Shown: in pieces, positions 40,452 to 50,297 of the stretch | Layout of the letters: each line of letters opens with the position of its first letter | How positions within the stretch are numbered: position 1 is the first letter of the stretch | From: Candidatus Freyarchaeum deiterrae | GTDB taxonomy: Archaea > Asgardarchaeota > Jordiarchaeia > Jordiarchaeales > Jordiarchaeaceae | Direction of reading: 5' to 3' | Assembly: GCA_037305845.1 (NCBI GenBank) | Contig: CP147778.1 | Coordinates: forward strand, 2,112,001-2,176,000 | Length of the DNA stretch: 64,000 bases | Program-made: the position numbers and the translations under genes | The notes under the pieces: model-generated | The model's input: the letters and a program-made list of their open reading frames with translations, nothing else | Told to the model about the DNA's origin: nothing | Database searches by the model: none

Positions 40452-41855
40452 CTACAAAAGTCCTTCCATTTTATACCATTCCTCTGTCGCCTTGGACATA
40501 ATATCTCTGTGGTCTATTAATTCGCCGCCTGCGTCTCGAAGGATTCTCTCAAACATTGAGTCAGTTATATCTCTATTTTCCTCTGCTATATTTCGGGTCT
40601 GATTGGGATCCTTTTTCAAATTGAATAGATATTCTCTTTTCCTTGAGTAATCCGTGATGTATGCGAATTCGCTGTCCTGCGTCCAAACGTAGCCATTGAA
40701 ACCCGAGGTTGCGTAACTCCGCTCTTCTAACTCCCCCTCTATCAAAGACCAGAGTTCTTTTCCATCCGTTGGTGTTTGTGGTTCGATGCCCAGAAACTTG
40801 AGTATGGTGGGAACTATGTCGTGATTGTAAACGAAACCAGAAACACGTTTACCCCTCTTCAACCCGTCGGGGTGTCGAATTAAAAGCGGTATATTCATTA
40901 ATTCGGAATAAAGCCCTTGAGGAATTTTTCCCATCATGTTATGCTCTCCGAGTTGATGCCCATGATCCGCCACAAGTATCACTAATGAATTGTCTAACAA
41001 ATCAAGCTCCTTCATTTTTTCTAAAAATTTTCCAAGCCAAGTGTCCACCATAGTGACCTCGCCTGCGTAACAGGCTCTCATGTATCTCAGCTCGTCGGGT
41101 GTGAGATAATCAGTGCTAGTTGAATAGTTCGGTGTGATAACTTCTCTCCCTTCGTAACCGGGATAATAAAGATCACGATATCTTTGAGGGGGATCCCAGG
41201 GTTCATGGGGGTCAAATGAATCAATGAATAGGAAAAATTTTTCCTCTTTTCTGTTTTCTTCGACCCATTTTATTGCAGCGTTAAAAACCTGAGGAGCAAA
41301 GTAGTCTTCTTCAGACTGACGATTGGCAATGTTCTTGAGGTACTGTGGAAGTATAGCCATCATGTAATCACATTTTCCACTCTGCGGTATGTAACGTTCT
41401 AACAGTTTGGGATCAGGTTTTGGTCCTGTTTTGTATGGATCTGCCTCCTGACCTCTAATTAACTGCCACTGAGAGTATCCTCGATGAAAATTCATGCCGG
41501 GTTTGAAATAATGATAAGTATCTGTTATAAAAGCTGTAGTATAACGCTCCCTACGAAGAGTCTCGGCTATAGTTGTCTGTGACTCAGGAATCGGTTCCCA
41601 ACCATAAACTTGCACCATGTCCCCCTTCCGAGGATGATACTCTTTGAAAGGAAAGGTTCGGATTCCCGTGTGTGTTGATCGCCTGAAGGGGATAGTCGGG
41701 AGAGATTCAGGATACGCATTCTCAAAAATAATGCTCTCCCTAGCTAAAGCATCCAAATTTGGGGTTTTTATCCAACGGTTCCCATACACCCCAACATGAT
41801 CCTTTCTTAAAGTATCCAAAACAATCAATACAACATTCAAGCCCTTTCTCACCAC
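40452..41855 (-). CDS. Sulfatase / alkaline phosphatase superfamily hydrolase
   Basis: LDTLRKD, TPNLD, TIPFRR..HTG, DPHEPW, ADHG. Confidence 0.9.
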   Translation of the reverse strand: MVRKGLNVVLIVLDTLRKDHVGVYGNRWIKTPNLDALARESIIFENAYPESLPTIPFRRSTHTGIRTFPFKEYHPRKGDMVQVYGWEPIPESQTTIAETLRRERYTTAFITDTYHYFKPGMNFHRGYSQWQLIRGQEADPYKTGPKPDPKLLERYIPQSGKCDYMMAILPQYLKNIANRQSEEDYFAPQVFNAAIKWVEENRKEEKFFLFIDSFDPHEPWDPPQRYRDLYYPGYEGREVITPNYSTSTDYLTPDELRYMRACYAGEVTMVDTWLGKFLEKMKELDLLDNSLVILVADHGHQLGEHNMMGKIPQGLYSELMNIPLLIRHPDGLKRGKRVSGFVYNHDIVPTILKFLGIEPQTPTDGKELWSLIEGELEERSYATSGFNGYVWTQDSEFAYITDYSRKREYLFNLKKDPNQTRNIAEENRDITDSMFERILRDAGGELIDHRDIMSKATEEWYKMEGLL

Positions 41856-42054
41856 TTATTTATATATGAGAAAGCAATGCTTTCTTTCATAAAATGTCGA
41901 CATTGAAAGCCAATAATAATTGTGCAATATTTTAATCTAACCTTTATCAACGTGAAATCTTTTCACTTTCACGAAAATGGTAGGTCTCCAACTCCTTTAG
42001 AAACCGGAAATTTAGAAATACTTTATAAGTGGAACAACCTACAAGCTAAAAAAG

Positions 42055-42693
42055 GTGATAACAGTGGTCAGCGAACTCGCGGATGCTATGGCGAAACTAG
42101 AAAGAAGTGATGTTCTGAGCAATGTGAAAAAGGAGATTAAAAAGGGTACAGCCCCCATGGAAATAATAGATCAGCTTTCTCAGGGATTGAAAATTGCAGG
42201 CGAACTCTACGACGAGAAAGAATATTTTTTAGCGGAACTAATAACTGCTGGCGACATTTTTCAAGAGGCTTTTCAAGAAATAAAACCAGTCTTGGAGGAG
42301 AAAGGTCTCAAGACTCAAGTTAAAGGAAAAATCGTTATTGGAACAATTCGCGGAGACATCCACGACATAGGAAAAAGTATTGTTACAACCATGTTGTTAT
42401 CTTCAGGGTTTTACGTCGAAGACCTAGGGGTCGATGTGCCGCCAGAAAAATTCATGGAAGCAATCAGGAAAATAAATGCAGATGTACTTGCAATGTCTGC
42501 GCTCCTCACTATAGCAATCGACTCTGCTAAAGAGACGATAAAGTTACTGGAAAAGAATAATCTTAGAAGTAAAGTAAAAATTATCGTTGGAGGAGCTGCA
42601 TTCACAGAGGATATTGCAAAAAAGATTGGCGCAGATGCTTACGGCAAGAACCCCCTCGATGCAGTAAAATTCTGCCAAAAACTTAAAGAATAA
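42055..42693 (+). CDS. Corrinoid (B12-binding) protein of a methyltransferase system
   Basis: Cap domain plus GDIHDIGK, DLGVDV, MSAL, VGGA. Confidence 0.92.
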   Translation: MITVVSELADAMAKLERSDVLSNVKKEIKKGTAPMEIIDQLSQGLKIAGELYDEKEYFLAELITAGDIFQEAFQEIKPVLEEKGLKTQVKGKIVIGTIRGDIHDIGKSIVTTMLLSSGFYVEDLGVDVPPEKFMEAIRKINADVLAMSALLTIAIDSAKETIKLLEKNNLRSKVKIIVGGAAFTEDIAKKIGADAYGKNPLDAVKFCQKLKE

Positions 42694-42890
42694 TCCTTCA
42701 ATAACTCAATTTCCATACAGATAAAAACACTATAGAACTCTCAAGTTGTGAATACAAATCTTTGATTGAAAAGAAAAATATTCTTAAGTAACACTTACTT
42801 GCAAATAAAAAAAGGAATTATCAGGGGCTAAGTAGATTTGTTTTTTTTATTTTTCAGAAAGTTTGCCCCTGTTAACCTAACACAAGAAGC

Positions 42891-44066
42891 CTAGAAGCCC
42901 TTCATGATAGGTTGATACTGTTTAAAGAGAAATCTTGAGATGACGTATCGCTGAACCTGGGTTGTACCCTCATAGATTGAGAACAGTTTCGCATCCCGGA
43001 ATAGCTTGGCAATCCGGTAGTTCTCCAGATATCCCTTACCACCATAAACCTGTAAAGCGTCAGTGGCTATTTTCATGGAGTCTTCAGCGGCGATGAGCTT
43101 AGCACAGCTGGAAGCTATATTACTGTCTTGAAGCTGGTCGATTTGCCAAGCAGCTCTCCAAACTAGCAAACGCATGGCTTCGGTGCGAGCATACATGTCA
43201 GCCACCATGTCTTGTATCGCTTGAAAGCTGGATATTTTATGCTCAAAAGCATCACGCTGCTTAGCGTAGTTGATGGCATGCTCCATGGCTGAGCGTGACA
43301 AACCAGTAGCAAATGCTCCAATGGTGGGGCGAGTAAGCGCGAATGTACCCATAGCCAAAAGGAAGCCTATACCCTCATCCCCGATACGGTTCTCCACGGG
43401 AACATGTACATTGCGAAGAGTAACAGCTGTAGTGTTTGAGGCTCGATGCCCTAGTTTCTCAAGTGGTTTTGTAGGAGTCAAGCCCTCAGTTTCGCGTGGA
43501 ATCACGAAAGCGCATATACCATCATAACGTTTCGTGCCCTTGAGTCTGGCAAAGAAAACATACAAGCTAGCGACATTTCCATTGGTAACCCAAAACTTAT
43601 TGCCATTCAAAATATACTCGTCACCATCACGTTCACAAGTCGCTTGCAGGCCTGCAACATCAGAGCCCATGCCAGGTTCGCTGGTAGCAAAGCAAATGAA
43701 TTTGAGTTCCTCGGTTAGTGGGCGCAAGATTTTTTCCTTTTGTTTCTCGGTGCCTGCGATAATAATCGGCGTCAAGCCGAGATCGTTATCAAACATAGAG
43801 GTGGCGATTCCCGGGTCAGCCGCAGCTATCTCTTCGATCACCAATACTGCGTCTAGAGCTCCGTATCCATTTCCTCCATATGCTTTGGGAATCGCTAGAT
43901 TCATGAGGCCTGCTTCGTGGGCCTTTTTATATATCGGGAGTGGAAATTCACCTGATTTATCATATTTTGACGAAACAGGAAGTATTTCTTCTATGGCGAA
44001 CTTTCTCGCCTTATCACGTAGAGCAATCTGTTCCTCTGATAGTTGAAAATCTACCATATTTCCCAA
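42891..44066 (-). CDS. Acyl-CoA dehydrogenase
   Basis: SEPGMGSD, NGNKFWVTN, FQAIQ, GGKGY, YEGTTQVQ. Confidence 0.95.
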   Translation of the reverse strand: MGNMVDFQLSEEQIALRDKARKFAIEEILPVSSKYDKSGEFPLPIYKKAHEAGLMNLAIPKAYGGNGYGALDAVLVIEEIAAADPGIATSMFDNDLGLTPIIIAGTEKQKEKILRPLTEELKFICFATSEPGMGSDVAGLQATCERDGDEYILNGNKFWVTNGNVASLYVFFARLKGTKRYDGICAFVIPRETEGLTPTKPLEKLGHRASNTTAVTLRNVHVPVENRIGDEGIGFLLAMGTFALTRPTIGAFATGLSRSAMEHAINYAKQRDAFEHKISSFQAIQDMVADMYARTEAMRLLVWRAAWQIDQLQDSNIASSCAKLIAAEDSMKIATDALQVYGGKGYLENYRIAKLFRDAKLFSIYEGTTQVQRYVISRFLFKQYQPIMKGF

Positions 44067-44185
44067 CCTCCTAAACGTTTAGGATGCTGTGATTTGCTAA
44101 TTAATCCTCCTCATAACTGTATACGCTTCAATCCCCATTAGCAACTTAAAATGAAGTCCAAGCGTATACTACTAGGAAGATTTCC

Positions 44186-44419
44186 TTATTTCGTAAGTAT
44201 ATTAATCTTTTCCTTATTATCCGCCTGTTTTAAAATAAGTGCATGGCTTTTGCAGTGCATGACGCAAGAGAAGCAGTCGCTTCTTGTGGCGCATTTGGAC
44301 ACGTCTACTTCAAATCTCGGATCAATGTCTTTAATTGCCTCGACTGGGCAGGCAGTCATGCAGGTTTTGCAGTGTTGGCATATTTCAGGATTGGCTAAAA
44401 CGGGATAATTGAATCTCAA
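44186..44419 (-). CDS. 4Fe-4S ferredoxin
   Basis: CQHCKTCMTACP and C..DCFSCVMHC; GGAGG upstream. Confidence 0.85.
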   Translation of the reverse strand: MRFNYPVLANPEICQHCKTCMTACPVEAIKDIDPRFEVDVSKCATRSDCFSCVMHCKSHALILKQADNKEKINILTK

Positions 44420-44554
44420 AATTACTGCCTCCCTTTCGGTTGTTCAACGTATTGGAACATAATAACACAACCTATATATCTCTTTCCTAGCACCTCCAAA
44501 AAGATTCTAAAAAAGCCTCTCCTATAAAACAAGTGAAAAAAGTTTCCGCTTTAT

Positions 44555-44770
44555 TTAATCAGTGATTGGAACCTCTCTGATTCTCAGAATCCTTTTTATC
44601 TCCACCATTGAGTTGTAGATTTCATTTAATATCAGCAAGTCCCTTATTCCTTTCTCTTTTTTACTTTGGAGATACGACACATAAACACCACCTAAGCCTC
44701 TAAAGAAATCCAAGAGATCCTCATCAGGGATTTTCCTCTTAATGTTAACAACCAATTTCTCGCTGCTCAA
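44555..44770 (-). CDS. Small hypothetical protein
   Basis: 71-aa ORF with a G-rich RBS-like element upstream. Confidence 0.5.
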   Translation of the reverse strand: MSSEKLVVNIKRKIPDEDLLDFFRGLGGVYVSYLQSKKEKGIRDLLILNEIYNSMVEIKRILRIREVPITD

Positions 44771-44986
44771 CTTTCAACCCCCAAATTTTAATCGCACTAT
44801 TTACTCCATTTAGTTTTTCACGATAAATTAGAAAAATTAATTGTTTTTTCGACATTCAGTCTCATAATATATAGGCTGTTTGATTAGCATATTTGCGACT
44901 ATAAAAAAAGCAAATTAGGATTATTTAGAGTGTGTGAAATCAGGGTAATACTTGAAAAATATTTTCCAAACAGAGGGAAAAGTTCC

Positions 44987-45487
44987 CTATTTATTGCCTA
45001 TCGAATCGTAAATTAAGATCTTATTAATCGCACTTTTAACAAAATTATCCAATGCTTCTAAGCTATTTTTCGCCAAATTTTTCTTATTGTTAACCTCATT
45101 ATATCCTTCTATTAATTGGTCTGCAATTTTTTCGAAACCCAGAAACTTCGAGCGGTCAATCTCTTCGTTTATTCTCACTCCGAACTTGTACACAAAGTTC
45201 TCAGCCAGTTCCGTTAATAATTTCTTTACTGGTTTTTCATCCTTGTCATTTTCGAGTTCCGTGATCATAACAAAAATTACTTCACCGTATAGATGGTAAA
45301 AAAATTTCAGAAGTTTCGTCTCCATTTTCATTATCTGGTCTTCACAGTAATCTTTGAAAAAATTAAAAATCGCGGAAATAAAACCACTTAACAGATCCTG
45401 ATCTGGACTGCTAACGTCATCACCATAGGTTCTTTGAAATAAGGAAAAACCACTGTCCCTCATTATGTAAACTGCTTTAATCGCCAA
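44987..45487 (-). CDS. Longin-domain-like protein
   Basis: IKAVYIMRDSG.SLFQRTY...LLSGFISAIFNF...IFVMIT...L..LAENF..KF, the pattern of Asgard longin-like proteins; GGAGG upstream. Confidence 0.78.
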   Translation of the reverse strand: MAIKAVYIMRDSGFSLFQRTYGDDVSSPDQDLLSGFISAIFNFFKDYCEDQIMKMETKLLKFFYHLYGEVIFVMITELENDKDEKPVKKLLTELAENFVYKFGVRINEEIDRSKFLGFEKIADQLIEGYNEVNNKKNLAKNSLEALDNFVKSAINKILIYDSIGNK

Positions 45488-45924
45488 TTAATTTAAACCT
45501 CCAAAAAATATGTGGTCAACCAGTCTATGACCAAGTTTGGGTTTTCTTTTTGCGTCTTCCACAGTCTTCCCTCTTTGAGCATCTTTTAAGATTAAAATAT
45601 AATTATAACAAATCCATCTTTATACCTTGAAATTTTAGTTACTAAATTTTTAGAATTACTCATAAGCAGAGTCATCTCTAAATTCCAGTGCAACATTTCT
45701 TTCCCTATTTTACTATAAAAACCCCCTAAAGATTATGAATAACAAGCTCATATCACTAACTCTTCATTAAGATGAAGAAATCCAAATAGATTTACGTTTA
45801 TTCGAATCAGCGGCCTTCAATCTTCGCGTATATTTAAAATCTTAAATTTAGTGTTAAGATTAGAAATTAATCATAAAGTTTATGAGCTATGTCTTATTTT
45901 TTAAAAATAGAGAGATAAAGGGAA

Positions 45925-46407
45925 GTGAAAAACATGCCAGCATTAAACGCTTTCCAAGTATACAAACTATTACCGCAAACAAACTGCGGCAGATGTGGAC
46001 TCGCAAACTGCATGGCCTTCGCAGTGGAATTACTAAGCGGCAAAAAGAAAGTCGAAAACTGCCTCCCACTAATAGAAGAATCCAAATACGCAAGCAAGCT
46101 AAAACAACTCCAAGAAATATTCACAACCACAGACGAAGTCCAAGCAACAGGACTAGTCTACCACGAAGACAAATGCACCGGCTGTGGCAACTGCGTGGCA
46201 ATATGTCCGATTGACGTTAACGCCTCTGAGCTAATTGCTGGGGGGAAAGGGTGTGAGGTTGATGGTGTAGTTTTTCGTGTGGAGGATGGGAAGACTAAAA
46301 TAGTTGACTTGAAGAAGTGTAGAAGGATGGGGTCTCAAAAGACTTGTCGTGTGTGTGAAATTTACTGTGGTACAGGTGCTATAGAGATTCGTGCAGTCGG
46401 AGGCTAA
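45925..46407 (+). CDS. FeS-domain / FwdG-like polyferredoxin subunit
   Basis: LPQTNCGRCGLANCMAFA domain fused to CTGCGNCVAICP and C..CRVCEIYC; upstream of fwdB. Confidence 0.8.
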   Translation: MKNMPALNAFQVYKLLPQTNCGRCGLANCMAFAVELLSGKKKVENCLPLIEESKYASKLKQLQEIFTTTDEVQATGLVYHEDKCTGCGNCVAICPIDVNASELIAGGKGCEVDGVVFRVEDGKTKIVDLKKCRRMGSQKTCRVCEIYCGTGAIEIRAVGG

Positions 46408-46410
46408 TTC

Positions 46411-47709
46411 ATGGAGGGTTTTAACCAGGTTGTCTGTATGGGTTGCGGTCTTCTATGTGATGATATAAAGGTCAAGGTGGAGGGTGGGAAAATTGTGTCC
46501 ACTCTCCATACCTGTATTCGCGGCGTATGGGCTCTGCGTAATGCTAACAGTGAGTTTCGATTATCCTCACCTTTGGTTAAAAAGAACGGCAAACTTGTGA
46601 AGGTTTCTTTTGATGAGGCTTTGGGTCGTGCAGCCGAGATTCTTTTGAATGCTGAGCGTCCCCTATTGTGGGGTTGGAGTTCCGCGAGCGTTGAAGCTCA
46701 GCGTATGGGCATTCTTTTAGCTAAGCGTTTGGGTGCGGTTATCGATAGTACCTCCTCTGTTTGTCATGGGTCTAGTATTTTGGCGGGTAGGGAGGCTGGC
46801 TTTAGAACTGCGACTCTGGGCGAGGTTAAAAATCGTGCGGATTTGTTAGTTTATTGGGGGAGTGATCCCAGTCACAGTCATCCTCGCCACTTGAGTAGGT
46901 ACACTTCAATTCCCCGTGGAATTTACACAAAGATGGGTTACGAGCAGAAGAAGCTCATGATAGTTGACGTTCGCAAGTCTCGTACTGGAAAGGTTGCTAA
47001 CCAGATTTTAGAGGTTGAGCCTAACAAGGATTATGAGCTTATCTCAGCGATGAGAATGATTCTGAAAGGAAAAAATATTAAGGAGAAAGAGGTCGCGGGA
47101 ATCCCTGTTAAAACTCTAAACCAAATAATTGAGACTTGGAAGACTCAGGAGTTCGGAGTTATTTTCGTGGGACTAGGTCTATCGATGAGTAAGGGCAAAT
47201 ATCGAAATATTGAAGCCTTATACAAACTGGTGCAGGAGCTTAACGAGTATGCGCGCTTTGTGGCAATTCCTATGGCTGGGCACTACAACATGGTAGGCTT
47301 CAACCAGGTAGCCACATGGCTCACCGGGCAGCCTTTTGGAATTGATACAGGTAGAGGGGACTACTATTCAAATCCTGGAGAAACTACGGCAGCCGAGATT
47401 ATTGCGCGCGATGAATTCGACGCAATGCTGGTAGTTGCTTCGGATCCCATATCCATGATGCCTTTACCCATAGCCCGGAAGATAGCCAGCAAACCCCTAG
47501 TGGTAATTGACTGCTTGGAGAACCCAACAACTAAAATTGCTGACACAGTTCTCCCTGCGGCGCTGACTGGTGTTGAGGCTGAGGGAACAGCGTACAGACT
47601 GGATTCTGTGCCCATTAGATTGAAAAAATTCATTGAACCCATTGGCGATTGTAAACCCGACGAAGAGATTCTGGCTCTTCTGCTTGAAAAGATTGAAAAA
47701 TCCAAATAG
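46411..47709 (+). CDS. fwdB: Formylmethanofuran dehydrogenase subunit B (Cys-type)
   Basis: CMGCGLLCDDI, SVCHG, TLGEVKNRAD, HPRHLSRY, GHYN, GTAYRLD. Confidence 0.95.
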   Translation: MEGFNQVVCMGCGLLCDDIKVKVEGGKIVSTLHTCIRGVWALRNANSEFRLSSPLVKKNGKLVKVSFDEALGRAAEILLNAERPLLWGWSSASVEAQRMGILLAKRLGAVIDSTSSVCHGSSILAGREAGFRTATLGEVKNRADLLVYWGSDPSHSHPRHLSRYTSIPRGIYTKMGYEQKKLMIVDVRKSRTGKVANQILEVEPNKDYELISAMRMILKGKNIKEKEVAGIPVKTLNQIIETWKTQEFGVIFVGLGLSMSKGKYRNIEALYKLVQELNEYARFVAIPMAGHYNMVGFNQVATWLTGQPFGIDTGRGDYYSNPGETTAAEIIARDEFDAMLVVASDPISMMPLPIARKIASKPLVVIDCLENPTTKIADTVLPAALTGVEAEGTAYRLDSVPIRLKKFIEPIGDCKPDEEILALLLEKIEKSK

Positions 47710-47876
47710 AGACTCTTATTTCACAAAAATTCACTTTTTCAGTTTAATACCCAAATTTTACAACATTTGGCATCTACTCTTAAACCAATAGCTTATCAAC
47801 TCCAGTTTCCGAAATGAAGTAGAACGAATTCATAGAAGGGGGAGAGTTCGCGATAATGATAGGTAGCGTTTCTATT

Positions 47877-48311
47877 TTAATCCAATTTGAGATGCATTTT
47901 ACAGTGTCCTACTCCGAAATGTTCCACTCCTGCCATTGAAACATTTTTGACGCTTTCTACCTGCTTTACAGAACCCATAAGTATGCCTGGAAGAAGGCAG
48001 GCTTCCTTTCCTCCCTGTGATCTGATTATTTCGTTGGCTGAGCAGACTCTACATTCGTCAACTTCAACGTTCAAAATGTTGTTTTCTATCTTCACATTTA
48101 CCTTTTTTCCAAGTTTTAGGTCGTTATGAAGGTAGTCCTGCAGTTTTATTTCCAGTTCCTTAAGACTTATTTTTCCTCCACCCCCAACCTCAGAACCAAG
48201 TTCTCTACCAAGCTGGACAAAGACTTTCCTTACATCTTCACCTAGAGCTTTAACTAGTGCTACGTGATATTTTTGGAGCAAACTATCTGGAATTTGTTCA
48301 TTGTCCTCCAT
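47877..48311 (-). CDS. V4R-like small ligand-binding protein; original start displaced by the IsrB element
   Basis: GRELG, VDECRVC, C...GIL.G, GHC; present ATG (48311) lies inside the inferred element end. Confidence 0.7.
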   Translation of the reverse strand: MEDNEQIPDSLLQKYHVALVKALGEDVRKVFVQLGRELGSEVGGGGKISLKELEIKLQDYLHNDLKLGKKVNVKIENNILNVEVDECRVCSANEIIRSQGGKEACLLPGILMGSVKQVESVKNVSMAGVEHFGVGHCKMHLKLD

Positions 48312-49359
48312 AAGTAAGCCCACCTCCTTTAAGGATTAGAGGAATTGCGGAACACATTATCCTCTGATTGAACAACCTAACACAATCATTCGGGTTAGCT
48401 CTCTGAGTGAACCTCTTATTATCCACATCAACACCATGTAAAGAAATCAGCCTGTTCCTGTAACCACCAACCCGGGCTAACCCGCCCCTATAGAGAACCA
48501 CATCTCTCTTTCTGAATCCCTCTAAACTCATGCTACCACCCTCTCTTCTCCTCACTCCGCCCTTTTCGGGCTGGAACTTGTGTAACTGCCTCCTAGGATA
48601 TTGGCAACGCTTCCAGACAAAGAAAGACCACACCACAAGCTCATCCAAGCCGACCTCATTTGCCGCTATGACCAATGCATCAATGGCGTGCGACTCAACC
48701 ACCCGTTTTCTCTTATCTGGGCACTTTCCAGCGTGGTACCGGTCTCTGAGTTCTGCGGTATCCACGCCGCCAACCAGTTTCAGACTATTGAACCAGAGAA
48801 CTAATGTCTCATACACAATGGTCTTTCCAACTTCAACGGTGGAGAAGTGTTTACCCCACCGTTTCCTGTAATGGTTGAATCGGACGTCCTCCACCACTGC
48901 CTCCGTTATGGGGTAGATTTTATTCAGCTCCTCCACGATTTTGAGCCGGAAATCAACCTTCGCCCTCTGCGAGGGAGTCACCCATCCCTCACTACGCCTT
49001 CTGTTGGCGAATCTGCAGGGCCTCCTCCTGCAATTTCTATACCTTCTGGAGCGTCTCTGTTCTCTTCTCTGTTCCACTTTTTTTGCTATGCCTTTTGGGA
49101 GTTCAAGCATTCCCGCCTGAAGAACCACCTTTTCAGATACTACTGCAACGCCGTCGAACTTTGAGCCAGGGTCCAACCCCAAACACATTCTGGGGGTGTG
49201 CTTCCTTGTATCCTCAAGCATCTGAATGTAGAATATGCCCAGTCGGCTCCACTTCTTCTTCGCCACCCCACCACGAAGCAGCTTCCTCGCCTTCGCAGGG
49301 GTGCAGGGGGTGAGGGGTCTCTCATCCTTACTAACCACAGGTACTCTTAGTATCGACAT
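48298..49359 (-). CDS. isrB: IsrB (IscB relative lacking HNH; RNA-guided RuvC nickase)
   Basis: PLMP-like PLTPC..ARKLL, RuvC-I GLDPGSK, Arg-rich bridge helix, RuvC-II VEDVRF, RuvC-III HAIDA; no HNH/CxxC insert; 353 aa. Confidence 0.88.
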   Translation of the reverse strand: MSILRVPVVSKDERPLTPCTPAKARKLLRGGVAKKKWSRLGIFYIQMLEDTRKHTPRMCLGLDPGSKFDGVAVVSEKVVLQAGMLELPKGIAKKVEQRREQRRSRRYRNCRRRPCRFANRRRSEGWVTPSQRAKVDFRLKIVEELNKIYPITEAVVEDVRFNHYRKRWGKHFSTVEVGKTIVYETLVLWFNSLKLVGGVDTAELRDRYHAGKCPDKRKRVVESHAIDALVIAANEVGLDELVVWSFFVWKRCQYPRRQLHKFQPEKGGVRRREGGSMSLEGFRKRDVVLYRGGLARVGGYRNRLISLHGVDVDNKRFTQRANPNDCVRLFNQRIMCSAIPLILKGGGLTYGGQ

Positions 49360-49589
49360 ACGACCACCTCAAAGAAAGGTGTTTAGCGCCCTTCGACGAG
49401 CCGAGTCGGGCTTAGCCCTTTAAAGGGCGTGGCATTTAGTGGTTCTGCCGAAGAGGTACGGACTAGGGCGTGCATCCATACGTTCTTGATAGCCCGAAAC
49501 GGGTAGCAGTCTAAGGTTGCTTAGTCTAGTCAAGATTTGCATTGTTACCACCATTACAAGCCCACAAGCTTTAGCTGTGGGTTCTTGAT
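48302..49589 (-). mobile_element. Non-autonomous IS200/IS605-superfamily element encoding IsrB and omegaRNA
   Basis: 5' end ATCAAGAACCCACAGCTAAAGCTTGTGGGCTTG hairpin; 3' end CCTTAAAGGAGGTGGG followed by ATGA; removal rejoins ATGG|ATGAACAA in frame; no tnpA. Confidence 0.85.
49360..49589 (-). ncRNA. omegaRNA scaffold (guide is the flank 5' of 49589)
   Basis: About 230-nt GC-rich structured leader of isrB with TTGACTAGAC, CCTAGTCC..CCTCT, GCCCTTTAAAGGGC and GTCGAAGGG elements typical of IscB/IsrB leaders. Confidence 0.75.
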
Positions 49590-49697
49590 CCATAATCTAC
49601 ACCAAGTAGTCGTTGAGATAGTGGGTTATAATAAGTTTTTGTATTAAAATTTGAAGAAAGCAGTGTAAATTCTAATTTAATTTTAAACTATATTCGC

Positions 49698-50297
49698 CTA
49701 TTTCGGGATTCTTAGTTCTAGGAGATATTTCTTAGTCATGATGGGATTAAAGGCCAGGCGTGTACTAACCAGAACTACGTTTTCGTACTTTGAGTAATAC
49801 AGTTTTAGACGGGGAGGAATCTTAGCAATGTCTAATAATCTGTTTATCAATATTTGCGCTATTCTTCTGGCTCCCAGCGCTGTGCTTCTAAAACTTTTAA
49901 CAGCAGCGTACATGTTCTTTCTATAAACTAGCCAGTCTCCAAAAACAAGAAATATTACAAAGAGAAACAGGGGAATTCCACCAATAATTGAAATCTCTGT
50001 TTCGGGCTGAGAAAATCCTATGAATATGATTAAGGTGGAGATAAAACCTGTAACTATTACTAGAATCATTAAACCTATAATCAAACGGAAACCTGAGAAT
50101 TTTCGATAAGCTGACCGCATATCCTCTAATTGCCTTCTTAAACTTGGCCAGTCAACCTTTTCCTTTTTCCCAACTATTTTTACTGCCTCATCTAAGCTAG
50201 GATCCCTCAGTAACCTAGTGGTAAATAGAGGAGGCTTGAGCCCCGCGTAAGCGTCAAGCTCTTCTATCCAAAATTTTAATCTTTTTTCCAACGACAT
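49698..50297 (-). CDS. Hypothetical protein with two TM helices
   Basis: 199-aa ORF with a central hydrophobic hairpin. Confidence 0.65.
   Translation of the reverse strand: MSLEKRLKFWIEELDAYAGLKPPLFTTRLLRDPSLDEAVKIVGKKEKVDWPSLRRQLEDMRSAYRKFSGFRLIIGLMILVIVTGFISTLIIFIGFSQPETEISIIGGIPLFLFVIFLVFGDWLVYRKNMYAAVKSFRSTALGARRIAQILINRLLDIAKIPPRLKLYYSKYENVVLVSTRLAFNPIMTKKYLLELRIPK

Noticed and set aside
46411-47709. Selenocysteine-containing FwuB
   Set aside because: The metal ligand is an ordinary Cys codon (SVCHG) with no in-frame TGA.
48298-49359. Cas9, IscB with HNH, TnpB or a CRISPR locus
   Set aside because: There is no HNH or zinc finger, a PLMP-like N-terminus is present, and I saw no repeat-spacer array anywhere in the window.
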